Counted from the stretch's first letter, positions 1-9,974 are shown. The stretch: DNA of 64,000 bases from a bacterium (GCA_022763185.1 JALEGL010000006.1:95793-159792); one strand, 5' to 3'. Program-made: numbers and translations. The notes: generated by a model not told the origin, from the sequence alone.

Positions 1-2563
1 CTCCATCAACAGGTAGACTCGGGTCCAGGTATAAGCTTGCTCCGTGCTTTTCCATTTTAGCAATTTTTCTTGATATATCTGCATGCTGCATTGCCGGAGC
101 CCTAAAATGAACATTTGTTAGATTATCAGGAACTGAGTTAGGAGAAACTTTAAATACAACAGCTTGTTCAAGTGCCAAGTCTACCGTTTCTTTGCCATAT
201 CTGGCATAAAGAGCTTCTTTATCAGCCTTTGCTAAAAAATGGTTTGGTTCTACAATATAATCATCAATTCCCATTCTTTGTAAAAGCGCTTCACTGCTTT
301 GTCTTAAATTAGCTAAGTCAGAACGAGCTAATACATTTAATACTCCGCTATGAGAAACACCGGCTATATTAGCAAAAGTAGCGTCATCAACACTTGTGTA
401 AATATTATGACATAGTTTATTAAAAGTTATGACTATATCATCACTTTCATCAATTAAATCAGGAGCAAGGCGGTGTAACATGTTTTTTAGATTGTTGGCA
501 GCATAAACTTTTTCTGACCAATTGTTTGGATTTTCAACTTTTTTCATCAGTTGATTCATGAAGTTTACAGTTCTATTATCGTTCAGCAATCTACCTAAGA
601 GCTCTAATTCATCAAGCTCCATATTATGCAGCATAAGGGTTGAAGAAGACGCGTCTACTGACTTCCATTGCCGCAACATTTTTTGTGCAGTTTCGGATAT
701 GCCGCTGTTAATTAAGTCATCTAAACTTCGAGTAACATTTTTTGCATTGGATAAAACTGCATCACCAACTTGATTGGCAGCTTGGGCGCCTTGAATAAGC
801 TTTTTCATTGTAGAAATCTCAAAAACAGTGCCGCCGACAGCTAAGGCTGTAGCGATTCGTGCTTCTATCATATTCGAATAACTTGCTCTTACTACGGCGG
901 GATCAGCTTGATTCCCAGAGAGTAAACCAGCTTTATAGTGTTTGTGTTCGACTGTTCTATCAACCAGCTCATAGGTTGATATACCAACATCTGCCAAGCC
1001 AACAAAAAGACCAATGGTTCCCATAAGTTGTGATACAGCAAGTAGAGTTGCAGCAAGTTTTGTTCCAGCAAGAAGAATACTAACAACAGCCCCACCAACA
1101 CCGGTAAGAATGAGAATGCCTAGCACAACCAAGCCTCCCCACATGAGAACATTTTTTCGAGTTTGTGAGCGTTTGTCTTCACGAATAATATTATCTAAAG
1201 CATCGGATATATCGTAGACAAAATTAGGGGATTTGTTCCAAACTTGTGCAGCCGCCGCAGAGTGATATTTTACTACATAAGTAACAATTTTATCTGGGTT
1301 ACGTGAGATTGACGCATAATATGTGTCTGAAAGACTTTTATACTCAGCCCAAATTTTTCTTGTGGCAGCTTTTAATGCAGCTTTCATTGCTGCATCGTGT
1401 TCTTTAAATTGAGGCTTATTGGATTCGTAAATAAGATGTTCGTGATAACGGTCACGAACTTCTTCTGGCATGATTAGCTTTCCAACAATATTTTCCATAT
1501 TATCATCAAATAAAACTAGACCAGGGCCGGAAGCAGCAGACATATAGGATGAAAAATATTTTTTATATTCCAGTGAATCTGCAGAAATAGAAAAATTATT
1601 TCTTATCTGATTTAAGTTACTTTGCGCTCTCATTAAACCCATAGAAATAACTTGCATGGCTTTTTGTCGAGGGGTTATATCCAAGGTCCAATTATTGTAT
1701 TCATGCGCGACAATATCTCCAACGTAATTCGCAACAGAAAGGCACTTTCTTACATCTTCTTCATTATAAGGTTCACCATCGACACGTTGTCTATTGTTTT
1801 CAGGATCAATACAAAACTTTTGCCCAACCAGATTACCGATATTTTTTAAATAATGGTTAAAGTTTGGGTCGGTTTCTTTATCCCAAATTAAGACAAGTAA
1901 CGTTGCATGTGATTGTAAAATATTTTTTAAAGCCTGGTAGTAAAAATACTCAGCAGTATTTTGTTTTTCAACTCTAACAGCACCAGCTTCTATTAAGTTC
2001 CAGCGTTGATTCCTTTTTGCACGAGTATAGTTTCTTTCTTCCTCGGTTAGTGGCGTTGGCCTACGATAACCCTGTAAATCTGAGCGGAATGCAGCCAATA
2101 GACCGTTGTAATATTTGTTATCGTCGTGCCCCTTACTGCTTAAGTCACTGATAAGTTTCGCTTTTGACCTCAAGTATTTATCAGCATGATAATGGTATCG
2201 TAGAAAGCGAATATGATCAGGGCTGCCTTGTTCAACAGAAGTTAAGATATTACCTTGAATAGACTGCTTAACTTTATCTTGAATAAGTCTATAGCCTGAA
2301 GCGAAGTCTTGATCATCAGCGATTGCATAAAGTTCTGAATATACAGAAACTGCATTAATCATCCAGTCAGTTGATTCTTGGCCACTTAAATCTTCAAAAC
2401 CATATTTTTCATATATTGAACCATCATTTTCAAATAAGGTTTTTAAAATGTGGTCTTCAAATACAACAATAGAGTCCTCTTCTTGGAAGTTTTGCGCATA
2501 TAGCGAAAAAAAGGCTAAAAGCACCAATGCAACAGTGTTTTTACGAAAAAAATTAAAAAGCAT
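1..2563 (-). CDS. large exported/membrane protein of unknown function. The start is in the window and the 3' end runs off the left edge (>=854 aa)
   Basis: Reverse complement from ATG (2563-2561) reads MLFNFFRKNTVALVLLAFFSLYA|QNFQEEDS..., which is signal-peptide-like, and I could translate it without stops to nt 1. It is absent from the ORF track because no stop lies in the window. A Gly/Ala/Leu-rich hydrophobic block (WGGLVVLGILILTGVGGAVVSILLAGTKLAATLLAVSQLMGTIGLFVGLADVG) lies at about nt 1010-1150. I recognise no family motif. Confidence 0.6.
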   Translation of the reverse strand, partial: MLFNFFRKNTVALVLLAFFSLYAQNFQEEDSIVVFEDHILKTLFENDGSIYEKYGFEDLSGQESTDWMINAVSVYSELYAIADDQDFASGYRLIQDKVKQSIQGNILTSVEQGSPDHIRFLRYHYHADKYLRSKAKLISDLSSKGHDDNKYYNGLLAAFRSDLQGYRRPTPLTEEERNYTRAKRNQRWNLIEAGAVRVEKQNTAEYFYYQALKNILQSHATLLVLIWDKETDPNFNHYLKNIGNLVGQKFCIDPENNRQRVDGEPYNEEDVRKCLSVANYVGDIVAHEYNNWTLDITPRQKAMQVISMGLMRAQSNLNQIRNNFSISADSLEYKKYFSSYMSAASGPGLVLFDDNMENIVGKLIMPEEVRDRYHEHLIYESNKPQFKEHDAAMKAALKAATRKIWAEYKSLSDTYYASISRNPDKIVTYVVKYHSAAAAQVWNKSPNFVYDISDALDNIIREDKRSQTRKNVLMWGGLVVLGILILTGVGGAVVSILLAGTKLAATLLAVSQLMGTIGLFVGLADVGISTYELVDRTVEHKHYKAGLLSGNQADPAVVRASYSNMIEARIATALAVGGTVFEISTMKKLIQGAQAANQVGDAVLSNAKNVTRSLDDLINSGISETAQKMLRQWKSVDASSSTLMLHNMELDELELLGRLLNDNRTVNFMNQLMKKVENPNNWSEKVYAANNLKNMLHRLAPDLIDESDDIVITFNKLCHNIYTSVDDATFANIAGVSHSGVLNVLARSDLANLRQSSEALLQRMGIDDYIVEPNHFLAKADKEALYARYGKETVDLALEQAVVFKVSPNSVPDNLTNVHFRAPAMQHADISRKIAKMEKHGASLYLDPSLPVDG

Positions 2564-2646
2564 GATCAAATCCCCACAGCTAAAAACTTAAAAATAATGC
2601 GCGACGTTATCAAAAACTTAAAACATGTTCAATATAAATTTTTTGT

Positions 2647-2706
2647 AAAATCTTCTTAACAAAATCTTAACAAAAATTTGCTAGTGGGGGCGATAGTCGC
2701 TATGAA
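2647..2706 (+). promoter_or_regulatory. candidate Pho-box-like direct repeats plus a sigma70-type promoter upstream of pstS
   Basis: CTTAACAAAAT/CTTAACAAAAA direct repeats with 11-bp periodicity (2655-2676; AAAATCTT also at 2647 and 2661). They are followed at once by TTGCTA (2678-2683), a 17-bp spacer, then TATGAA (2701-2706), about 24 nt before the pstS ATG. OmpR/PhoB-family sites are typically 11-bp-phased direct repeats at or replacing the -35. Confidence 0.3.
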
Positions 2707-2729
2707 TAGGGCACTTTTTTGGAGGAAGT

Positions 2730-3776
2730 ATGTTAAATAATATCAAAGGTTTAGTTTTTAATTCAATACTTGTAGTGTTTGCAATGCTTTATTCTGGATG
2801 TGATCAAAGCGGAAAAAGTCATGATCAAACGCATGCGCATACCAATGAGCAGAGTCATGCTCATGAACAACTGGAAGGCAATGTTAAAGTAGATGGTTCC
2901 AGTACCGTTTTCCCGATTACCGAAGCCATGGCTGAAGAGTTTGGTAAAGAAAACCCCAGAGTTAGAGTGACTGTGGGTTTATCCGGTACCGGTGGGGGAA
3001 TGAAAAAATTTGTTGAAGGCGTGATTGATATCACAGGTGCTTCTCGTCCTATCAAAGCTTCTGAGATAAAAATGGCTGCGGAAAAAAACCGTGAGTTTGT
3101 TGAGTTGCCGGTGGCCTATGATGGTATTGCTGTTGTGGTCAGTCACAAAAATACTTTTGCCAAAGATTTAACGGTTGCCGAGCTTAAGTCGATTTGGCAG
3201 CCAAACAGCAGCATTAAATTATGGAGTGACATCCGTAAAGATTGGCCTAAACAAGAGATTAAATTGTATGGACCTGGAGTGGATTCAGGAACTTTTGATT
3301 ACTTTACCAAAAGTATTGTGGGTAAGTCAGGCGCTACCCGTCCAGACTTTACTGCCAGTGAAGACGATAATGTATTGGTGCAAGGTGTGGCGGCAGACGA
3401 ATATGCTCTAGGCTATTTTGGTTTTGCTTATTGGATGGAAAACAAAGATAAATTAAACCGTGTGGCCATTGACAATGGCAATGGACCAGTTTTACCCAGT
3501 GAAGAAACCATTGAAAATGCCAGTTATGCGCCGCTATCCAGACCCATCTTTATTTATATCAGTAAAGATTCATTCACTAAAAAACCGGTAGATGCCTTTG
3601 TTAAGTTTTATATTGAAAACGCCAAAGAGTTGGTGGGGCAAGTGGGTTATGTGGCCTTTGGTGACGCTGTGTATGCAGCTATTTTAAAACGCTGGGAAAA
3701 CAAAGTTCTGGGCTCCAGTTTTGCCGGTGACTCAAAAGGCAGCGTTTTAGAGCGGGTTCAATCACAAGGCCAATAA
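2730..3776 (+). CDS. pstS: phosphate ABC transporter substrate-binding lipoprotein PstS
   Basis: Lipobox [15 protein letters not shown] and GSGGG-type PstS motifs, and first gene of a pstSCAB-phoU order. It carries an unusual His-rich linker ([18 protein letters not shown]) after the lipid Cys. Confidence 0.9.
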   Translation: MLNNIKGLVFNSILVVFAMLYSGCDQSGKSHDQTHAHTNEQSHAHEQLEGNVKVDGSSTVFPITEAMAEEFGKENPRVRVTVGLSGTGGGMKKFVEGVIDITGASRPIKASEIKMAAEKNREFVELPVAYDGIAVVVSHKNTFAKDLTVAELKSIWQPNSSIKLWSDIRKDWPKQEIKLYGPGVDSGTFDYFTKSIVGKSGATRPDFTASEDDNVLVQGVAADEYALGYFGFAYWMENKDKLNRVAIDNGNGPVLPSEETIENASYAPLSRPIFIYISKDSFTKKPVDAFVKFYIENAKELVGQVGYVAFGDAVYAAILKRWENKVLGSSFAGDSKGSVLERVQSQGQ

Positions 3777-3781
3777 AAACG

Positions 3782-4708
3782 GTGCCCGACAACAGCTCAA
3801 ATAAAAAGCATTCATTTTCTGCAACTGCAGGAAAGAAAAGAACAGAAAAATTGGTTAAAATTTTTCTGTTTGTGTGCGCCTTTGTGTCTATTTTAACCAC
3901 AGTTGGCATTGTTTGGGTTTTGTTCAGTGAAAGTTTGCCTTTTTTTGGTAAAGTCAGTTTAAAAGAATTTTTCTTGGGAACACAATGGTATCCATTATTT
4001 GAACCCAAACGTTATGGTATTTTGCCATTGATTGGGGGTACTTTGATGATTGCTGTTGGGGCGGCCATTGTAGCTTTGCCCATAGGAACGGGCAGTGCCA
4101 TATATTTAAGTGAATATGCCAGCGCCAGACAAAGATCCATCCTCAAACCGTTTTTAGAAATTTTAGCTGGGATACCCACGGTGGTGTATGGTTATTTTGC
4201 CTTAACCGTGATTACTCCTTTTATCCAAAAAATATTTCCCAGCACCAATATTTTTAATGCTGCCAGTGGCGCCATAGTGGTTGGAATTATGATTATACCC
4301 ATGATTGCTTCTTTATCCGATGATGCCATGCGCTCAGTGCCAGATAGTTTACGAAACGCAGCCTTTGCATTGGGAGGAACAAAGTTGGATGTATCGGCTA
4401 AAGTTGTATTTCCTTCAGCCTTATCTGGGGTGGTGGCTTCTTATGTATTGGCTATTTCTAGAGCTATTGGTGAAACCATGGCCGTAACTCTGGCAGCAGG
4501 AGCGACACCAAAGTTGACCATCAATCCTCTAGAAAGTATTCAAACCATGACAGCATATATTGTGCAGGTCAGTTTGGGAGATACGCCGGCAGGCAGTGTT
4601 TCCTATCAGACTGTTTTTGCGGTTGGTCTAACCCTATTTTTAATGACCTTTGTTATGAATATTTTGGCTCAGAAATTTTTGCATAAGTTTAGGGAGCAGT
4701 ACGACTGA
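3782..4708 (+). CDS. pstC: phosphate ABC transporter permease PstC
   Basis: Multi-TM protein with an EAA-type loop (SLSDDAMRSVPDSLRNAAFALGGTK), GTG start, positioned after pstS. Confidence 0.9.
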   Translation: MPDNSSNKKHSFSATAGKKRTEKLVKIFLFVCAFVSILTTVGIVWVLFSESLPFFGKVSLKEFFLGTQWYPLFEPKRYGILPLIGGTLMIAVGAAIVALPIGTGSAIYLSEYASARQRSILKPFLEILAGIPTVVYGYFALTVITPFIQKIFPSTNIFNAASGAIVVGIMIIPMIASLSDDAMRSVPDSLRNAAFALGGTKLDVSAKVVFPSALSGVVASYVLAISRAIGETMAVTLAAGATPKLTINPLESIQTMTAYIVQVSLGDTPAGSVSYQTVFAVGLTLFLMTFVMNILAQKFLHKFREQYD

Positions 4709-5592
4709 TGGCTAAAAGTAAACGACAAGCCATGCAGTTTTCTAAAAGTATGGCATCACGACAATTGCAGGGAAAAGTGTTTCAGTATGTTTGTTTGGGC
4801 TGTGTTTGTGTTGGGATTGTTTTGTTGGCTATTCTTTTGTTTAGCGTTGCCATGCAAGGCTGGTCTTATATCAGCACTGACTTTTTCACAAACTTTCCAT
4901 CTCGCTTTGCAAAAAAGGCGGGCATTAAATCAGCACTGTATGGCAGTTTATGGTTGATTGTTTTAACCAGCTTAATTTCTGTACCTGTGGGTGTGGCATC
5001 CAGTATTTATTTGGAAGAGTTTGCTAAAAAAAATAAATTTACAGATTTTATTCGTCTTAATATTGCCAATTTGGCCGGGGTCCCCTCTATTGTTTATGGT
5101 ATGTTGGGCTTGGTTATTTTTGTCCGTTGGTTTGGCTTGCAAAGAAGCGTAATTTCTGGAGCGCTTACCATGTCCTTGCTTATTTTACCCACCATTATCA
5201 TTGCCTCGTCTGAAGCCTTAAAAGCTGTTCCCAATTCCATACGTTACGCTGCCTTGGCACTGGGTTCTACCCGTTGGCAAATGGTCCGAGATCATATTTT
5301 ACCGGCCAGTATACCAGGAATTATGACAGGAACTATTTTGGGTTTATCTAGAGCCGTGGGCGAAACAGCGCCTTTGATCATGATTGGTGCCTTAACTTAC
5401 GTTGCCTTTGTTCCTAAGAGTATCCATGACCCGTTTTCAGTGTTACCCATTCAAATTTTTAACTGGGCCTCTCGACCACAAATGGAGTTTCATTATCTTG
5501 CCGCAGCAGGAATCATTGTGTTATTGGTATTTTTATTAACCATGAATGCTTTAGCCATATGGATCAGGCATAAATTTGAAAAACGTAAGTAG
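4708..5592 (+). CDS. pstA: phosphate ABC transporter permease PstA
   Basis: Start overlaps the pstC stop (TGATG). EAA loop [22 protein letters not shown]; multi-TM. Confidence 0.9.
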   Translation: MAKSKRQAMQFSKSMASRQLQGKVFQYVCLGCVCVGIVLLAILLFSVAMQGWSYISTDFFTNFPSRFAKKAGIKSALYGSLWLIVLTSLISVPVGVASSIYLEEFAKKNKFTDFIRLNIANLAGVPSIVYGMLGLVIFVRWFGLQRSVISGALTMSLLILPTIIIASSEALKAVPNSIRYAALALGSTRWQMVRDHILPASIPGIMTGTILGLSRAVGETAPLIMIGALTYVAFVPKSIHDPFSVLPIQIFNWASRPQMEFHYLAAAGIIVLLVFLLTMNALAIWIRHKFEKRK

Positions 5593-5600
5593 ATAGAACA

Positions 5601-6365
5601 ATGGAAGATAACAAAAAACAACATATTATTAAAATCAAAGACCTTTCCATCTATTATGGCGACTTTAAAGCCGTCAATCAAATTGACTTGGGGATTGATG
5701 AGCATAGTGTCACCGCTATTATTGGTCCCAGTGGCTGTGGAAAAAGTACCTTGTTGCGCTCCTTGAATCGTATGAATGACTTTATTTCATCGGTGCGTTG
5801 TGAGGGAGATGTTCAATTTCAAGAGGAGTCTATTTTTTCAAATACGGTAGACGTGGTTGATTTGAGAAGAAAAATAGGGATGGTCTTTCAAAAACCCAAT
5901 CCCTTTCCAAAATCCATTTATAAAAATGTTGCTTGGGGACCTTCAGTCAACGGTTACAAAGGTAATTTAGATCAATGTGTTGAAAGAGCGTTAAAACGAG
6001 CAGCCCTGTGGGATGAGGTTAAAGACAAGCTGGATCAAGATGGCTTGTCATTGTCTGGTGGTCAGCAACAACGTTTGTGTATTGCAAGAGCTTTAGCCAT
6101 GGAGCCGGAAGTTATTTTAATGGATGAACCTTGTTCAGCGTTGGATCCCATTTCTACCAGTCGGGTTGAAGATTTGTTGATAGAATTAAAGCAAGACTAT
6201 ACCATTGTTATCGTGACCCACAGCATGCAACAGGCAGCTCGGGTATCGGATAAAACAGCCTTTATGTATCAGGGGGACTTGGTAGAGTATGGAGAAACCA
6301 AAAAAATCTTTACCCGTCCTGATAAAAAACAAACAGAAGATTATGTGACAGGAAAGTTTGGGTAG
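5601..6365 (+). CDS. pstB: phosphate ABC transporter ATP-binding protein PstB
   Basis: Walker [10 protein letters not shown], signature [14 protein letters not shown], Walker B ILMDEP, PstB-typical LNRMND. Confidence 0.95.
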   Translation: MEDNKKQHIIKIKDLSIYYGDFKAVNQIDLGIDEHSVTAIIGPSGCGKSTLLRSLNRMNDFISSVRCEGDVQFQEESIFSNTVDVVDLRRKIGMVFQKPNPFPKSIYKNVAWGPSVNGYKGNLDQCVERALKRAALWDEVKDKLDQDGLSLSGGQQQRLCIARALAMEPEVILMDEPCSALDPISTSRVEDLLIELKQDYTIVIVTHSMQQAARVSDKTAFMYQGDLVEYGETKKIFTRPDKKQTEDYVTGKFG

Positions 6366-6368
6366 ACC

Positions 6369-7040
6369 ATGCAAAGACATTTACACAGAGAATTAGACAA
6401 CATTAAAAAAGACCTTTTATTTGTAGGGTCTTTGGTTAAAGACAGCGTTGAAAAAGCCATTGTTGCTTTTAATGAAAGCAACACCGAGCTTGCTGATGAA
6501 GTCATTGCCCAAGATAAAAAAATTGACGCACGAGAAGTAGAAATAGAAGAAGAGTGCTTAAAGCTTTTAGCCTTACACCAGCCAGTAGCTGAAGATTTGC
6601 GTTTTATTACAGCAGTGATGAAAATTAACAATGCGCTTGAAAGTATGGGTGATAGCGCAACCAGTATTTCCAGACGATGTTTGCATTATGCTAAGCGTGC
6701 ACCAATTGCCATTCCAGATGAATTGAGTCAAATGTCAGAGAAGACAGTCAACATGATTGAACAAACCCTAAAGGCGTTCTTTCAAAAAGACGATGTTTTG
6801 GCTAAAGAAGTTATTAAATTAGATGATGATGTCGATGACTTGCAAGCAGATATTTTGTCCAAGCTTAAAAATATCATGAAAAATGATGCCAATCATATTT
6901 CTGTGGCTCTAGATGTCTTTACCATCACGAGACGTTTAGAAGGTATTGCTGACTTAGCAACCAACATTTGTGAGGATATCATTTACATGGTCAAAGGTGA
7001 GATTGTTAGACATCAGCGCAAAGAGATTGAGTCTGAGTAA
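6369..7040 (+). CDS. phoU: phosphate signalling complex protein PhoU
   Basis: 223 aa with a two-repeat PhoU layout (D..ID..E.. motifs: DKKIDAREVEIEEECLKLLALHQPVAEDLR; second repeat DDDVDDLQADI). Sits directly after pstB. Confidence 0.9.
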   Translation: MQRHLHRELDNIKKDLLFVGSLVKDSVEKAIVAFNESNTELADEVIAQDKKIDAREVEIEEECLKLLALHQPVAEDLRFITAVMKINNALESMGDSATSISRRCLHYAKRAPIAIPDELSQMSEKTVNMIEQTLKAFFQKDDVLAKEVIKLDDDVDDLQADILSKLKNIMKNDANHISVALDVFTITRRLEGIADLATNICEDIIYMVKGEIVRHQRKEIESE

Positions 7041-7049
7041 GCTCTTGTC

Positions 7050-7592
7050 ATGGCCAATGTTCTAGTTATCAAAGCAAGTTTAAACCCCAACAGTAAAAGT
7101 GCACGTTTTGCAGATATTGCCGTGGATAGTTTAAAGGAATTAAACGGTCAGCATCACTTTGAACTTTTGGATTTAAAGCAAGTTAATTTACCCTTATGTG
7201 ATGGAGGACAATGTTTTACGGCTCCAGAATTAGCAGACTATCAGGAACTTCTTAAAAAAATGGATGGTGTGTTTATTGCGGCCCCCATTTATAATTACGA
7301 TGTCAATGCAGCATTGAAAAACTTTATTGAACTGACCGGTCAAGCCTGGAAAGAAAAAGTTTTAGCCATGGCTTTTCATGCTGGCGGTGAGCGTAGCTAC
7401 ATGTCTGCCATGTCATTTATGAACAGCATGATGTTGGATTTTCGCTGCTTGATCGTTCCCAATTTTGTTTATGCTTCAGATTACTTTATTCAAAGTGAAG
7501 AAGGTCAAAAACAAATAGAGATACGTATGCAAAGTATTATGAAGAAATTTGTCAGTTTGTGTGAGTGGAAGCAGAGTTTTGAAAAACAATAG
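7050..7592 (+). CDS. NAD(P)H-dependent FMN reductase family protein
   Basis: N-terminus VLVIKASLNPNSKS and the flavodoxin-like IAAPIYNYDVNAALKNFIE segment typical of the FMN_red family. Starts 10 nt after phoU. Confidence 0.65.
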   Translation: MANVLVIKASLNPNSKSARFADIAVDSLKELNGQHHFELLDLKQVNLPLCDGGQCFTAPELADYQELLKKMDGVFIAAPIYNYDVNAALKNFIELTGQAWKEKVLAMAFHAGGERSYMSAMSFMNSMMLDFRCLIVPNFVYASDYFIQSEEGQKQIEIRMQSIMKKFVSLCEWKQSFEKQ

Positions 7593-7613
7593 GTGCATGA
7601 AAAATACACCTAT
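7589..7613. terminator. hairpin between convergent genes (possible bidirectional terminator)
   Basis: ATAGGTG-N11-CACCTAT (7-bp stem) in the 53-bp gap between the FMN reductase (+) and hsp20 (-) 3' ends. There is no clean U-tract. Confidence 0.3.
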
Positions 7614-7645
7614 TGTCTAGCAAACAAGATCATCAACATTTGATC

Positions 7646-8077
7646 TTAGCTGATGGGTATGACCTTACTATGTTCTTTTTCTGCCTTTTCAATAACAATG
7701 TTCAGTTGTCCGTCTTTAAATTCAGCATTCACTTTGTTGCTATCACTAAGGTGAGGTAGTTTGAAGCTGCGCTGAAATTTTCCATAGCGTACTTCATTCA
7801 TCACGGTATTGCCTTTGGTTTGTTCTTTGCGTTCACCACTGATCATCAAGGTGCCGTCTTTCATTTCAATATTAATATCCTCTTTTTTTACACCCGGTAA
7901 ATCCATATGAATGGTATAGGATTTATCCTGTTCAGAAATAGAGCTGCTAGGACTCAAAAAATCTGAAAAGTTTTTTTCTAGACCTCTAAAGCTAGAGGGT
8001 GAAAAAAAGTTGTCAAAAAAGCCATCAAAATGTGAAGGCAAGTTAAAAAAATCTCGGTTATATTTTTGTATGCTCAT
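7646..8077 (-). CDS. Hsp20/alpha-crystallin family small heat-shock protein
   Basis: 143 aa with alpha-crystallin domain pattern (YTIHMDLPGVKKEDINIEMKDGTLMISGERK...FQRSFKLP...AEFKDGQLNIVIEK). Confidence 0.85.
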   Translation of the reverse strand: MSIQKYNRDFFNLPSHFDGFFDNFFSPSSFRGLEKNFSDFLSPSSSISEQDKSYTIHMDLPGVKKEDINIEMKDGTLMISGERKEQTKGNTVMNEVRYGKFQRSFKLPHLSDSNKVNAEFKDGQLNIVIEKAEKEHSKVIPIS

Positions 8078-8205
8078 GCTAAAGTCTCCTTTTTATAGGG
8101 TTTATACGAGTAAGCTTACATCAGAAAAGTTAGGACCAAGTTTGTAAATGTCAAGTTTTGATTTTGTATATTTTTTGTCAGAGAGGTTTGGATGTTGCAA
8201 GGTCT

Positions 8206-9939
8206 ATGATAAATGACTTTTGTACCATGCTAACGCAGCTAGTAAAAAAAATTTTAGCCTATGATCAGATTGAGGCAACTTACTTAAAACATGAACATGC
8301 ATTAAGTGCTAAAGAATTGTTAGAAAAAGTTTTATCTGATTGGAAAATCACTGTCAAAGAAGATCACAGCTCAAAAAGCGCATTGACCAATCTCAATAAA
8401 GTTTTAATTGTTGCCAATCATCCATTTGGTGGGGTAGAGGGTATGATTTTAACCCGCCAGTTTCTACAAAAAAATACCCCTATAAAAGTTCTGGTCAATC
8501 CTATTTTAAAAGTATTTAAACCCCTAAGAGAAAACTTTTTATTTGTTGAACCCTATGATGATGCTGAATCAAAAAAGCTTAACATTCAAGCCACCAAACA
8601 AGCCATAGGTTGGTTGAAAAAAGGCAAAGTTTTAGCCATGTTTCCTGCAGGAGAAGTTTCAAGCTATCAAGCTAGAAAAAATTGTATTGTTGATCCGGTA
8701 TGGAGTAAAAGCTGCGCAGCTTTTGTTGAAAAAACCCAATGTTCAGTTTTGCCTGTTTTTTTTCATGGGAACAACAGCCGATGGTTTCAAATTTTAGGCC
8801 TTTTACATCCAAAAATCAGAACGCTTCTTTTGGGAAGAGAGTTGGTGAACAAACAAAAGCAATGCATTCACATGAGCTATGGTAATATTGTACATTTTAG
8901 CAAACTGCCAAAGCATTTGAGTAGAAATGAATTGTCAGATTATTTTAGGTTTCTTACTTACAGCATTGCCAAGCAAGGTGAAAAAATAAAGACCAATTCC
9001 AAGCAACAAAATATAGAGATTTCTCATGCGGCGGCAGCTCTACAAAACAATATCAATGCCTTACCAGAGGCAGCCCTGCTATTAAGATCAAAGAACTTTT
9101 CGGTTTATGTGGCAGAGCATAAACAGATACCCATGCTTATGCATGAAATTGCCATACAAAGAGAGCGTTCGTTTAGAAATGTTGGTGAGGGAACCGGTAA
9201 AGCTATTGATACGGATGCTTTTGACCAATACTACAAACACCTTTTTGTTTGGGATGAGGACGCAAAAAAAGTTGTTGGCGCCTATAGAATTGCTTTAAGT
9301 GATGAAATTAAACAAAAAAATCAGAAGTTTTATTCACAAACTTTATTTGGTTTTGATGAACGTTTTATCGAAGAGATAGAACCAGCAATTGAAATGGGAC
9401 GATCATTCGTAAGTTTAGAGTATCAAAAAAGTTTTACACCATTGTTTCTCTTGTGGAAGGGGATAGGTCAGTTTGTAGTTAGAAACCCAAAATATACCAA
9501 GCTTTTTGGGCCAGTGAGTATTAGTGGGGAATTTTCTTCACTCACTAAAACAGTGATTAAAGAGTATCTTTTACGGCACTATGGAGCGGGTAAATTAAAA
9601 AAGCATGTTCGTGTCAAAGTTCCTTTTAATGGTGAAAATTTGTACGACTATACTGCAGAATCCATGGCAAAGTTTTTTAACAGTTTAGCAGACATTTCTA
9701 ATTATATTGATTATCAAGAAAAAGAATTTGCAGGCATACCTGTACTGATAAAACATTACATTAAATTGGGTGCTAAGTTTATAGATTTTAATGTTGATCC
9801 TGAGTTTAATAATGCTTTGGATGCTTTGATTTTAGTTGATTTAAAGCAAACAGAAGAAAAAAGCTTAAAAAACTATATGGGTGAAGAGGGCTATGAAATT
9901 TTTAGAAAGCACCAAGATTTAAATAAAAATCAGAGCTAA
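8206..9939 (+). CDS. olsF: bifunctional aminolipid (ornithine-lipid type) synthase, OlsF-like: N-terminal PlsC-type O-acyltransferase plus C-terminal OlsB/GNAT-type N-acyltransferase
   Basis: N-terminal half carries VANHPFGGVEG and FPAGEVS (lysophospholipid acyltransferase blocks). C-terminal half carries DAFDQYYKHLFVWDEDAKKVVGAYRI (OlsB/hemolysin-like GNAT signature). The ~580 aa fused layout matches what I recall for OlsF. I moved the start to the first ATG (8206); the track uses TTG 8158. Confidence 0.55.
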   Translation: MINDFCTMLTQLVKKILAYDQIEATYLKHEHALSAKELLEKVLSDWKITVKEDHSSKSALTNLNKVLIVANHPFGGVEGMILTRQFLQKNTPIKVLVNPILKVFKPLRENFLFVEPYDDAESKKLNIQATKQAIGWLKKGKVLAMFPAGEVSSYQARKNCIVDPVWSKSCAAFVEKTQCSVLPVFFHGNNSRWFQILGLLHPKIRTLLLGRELVNKQKQCIHMSYGNIVHFSKLPKHLSRNELSDYFRFLTYSIAKQGEKIKTNSKQQNIEISHAAAALQNNINALPEAALLLRSKNFSVYVAEHKQIPMLMHEIAIQRERSFRNVGEGTGKAIDTDAFDQYYKHLFVWDEDAKKVVGAYRIALSDEIKQKNQKFYSQTLFGFDERFIEEIEPAIEMGRSFVSLEYQKSFTPLFLLWKGIGQFVVRNPKYTKLFGPVSISGEFSSLTKTVIKEYLLRHYGAGKLKKHVRVKVPFNGENLYDYTAESMAKFFNSLADISNYIDYQEKEFAGIPVLIKHYIKLGAKFIDFNVDPEFNNALDALILVDLKQTEEKSLKNYMGEEGYEIFRKHQDLNKNQS

Positions 9940-9974
9940 CTTAATTTTAGATAAAATTTTGAGTTTGATAGACC

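Noticed and set aside
558-1849. Three + strand ORFs of 65-71 aa (558-773, 1014-1217, 1652-1849).
   Set aside because: All lie inside the long uninterrupted minus-strand frame that starts at 2563. They have no RBS or motif support.
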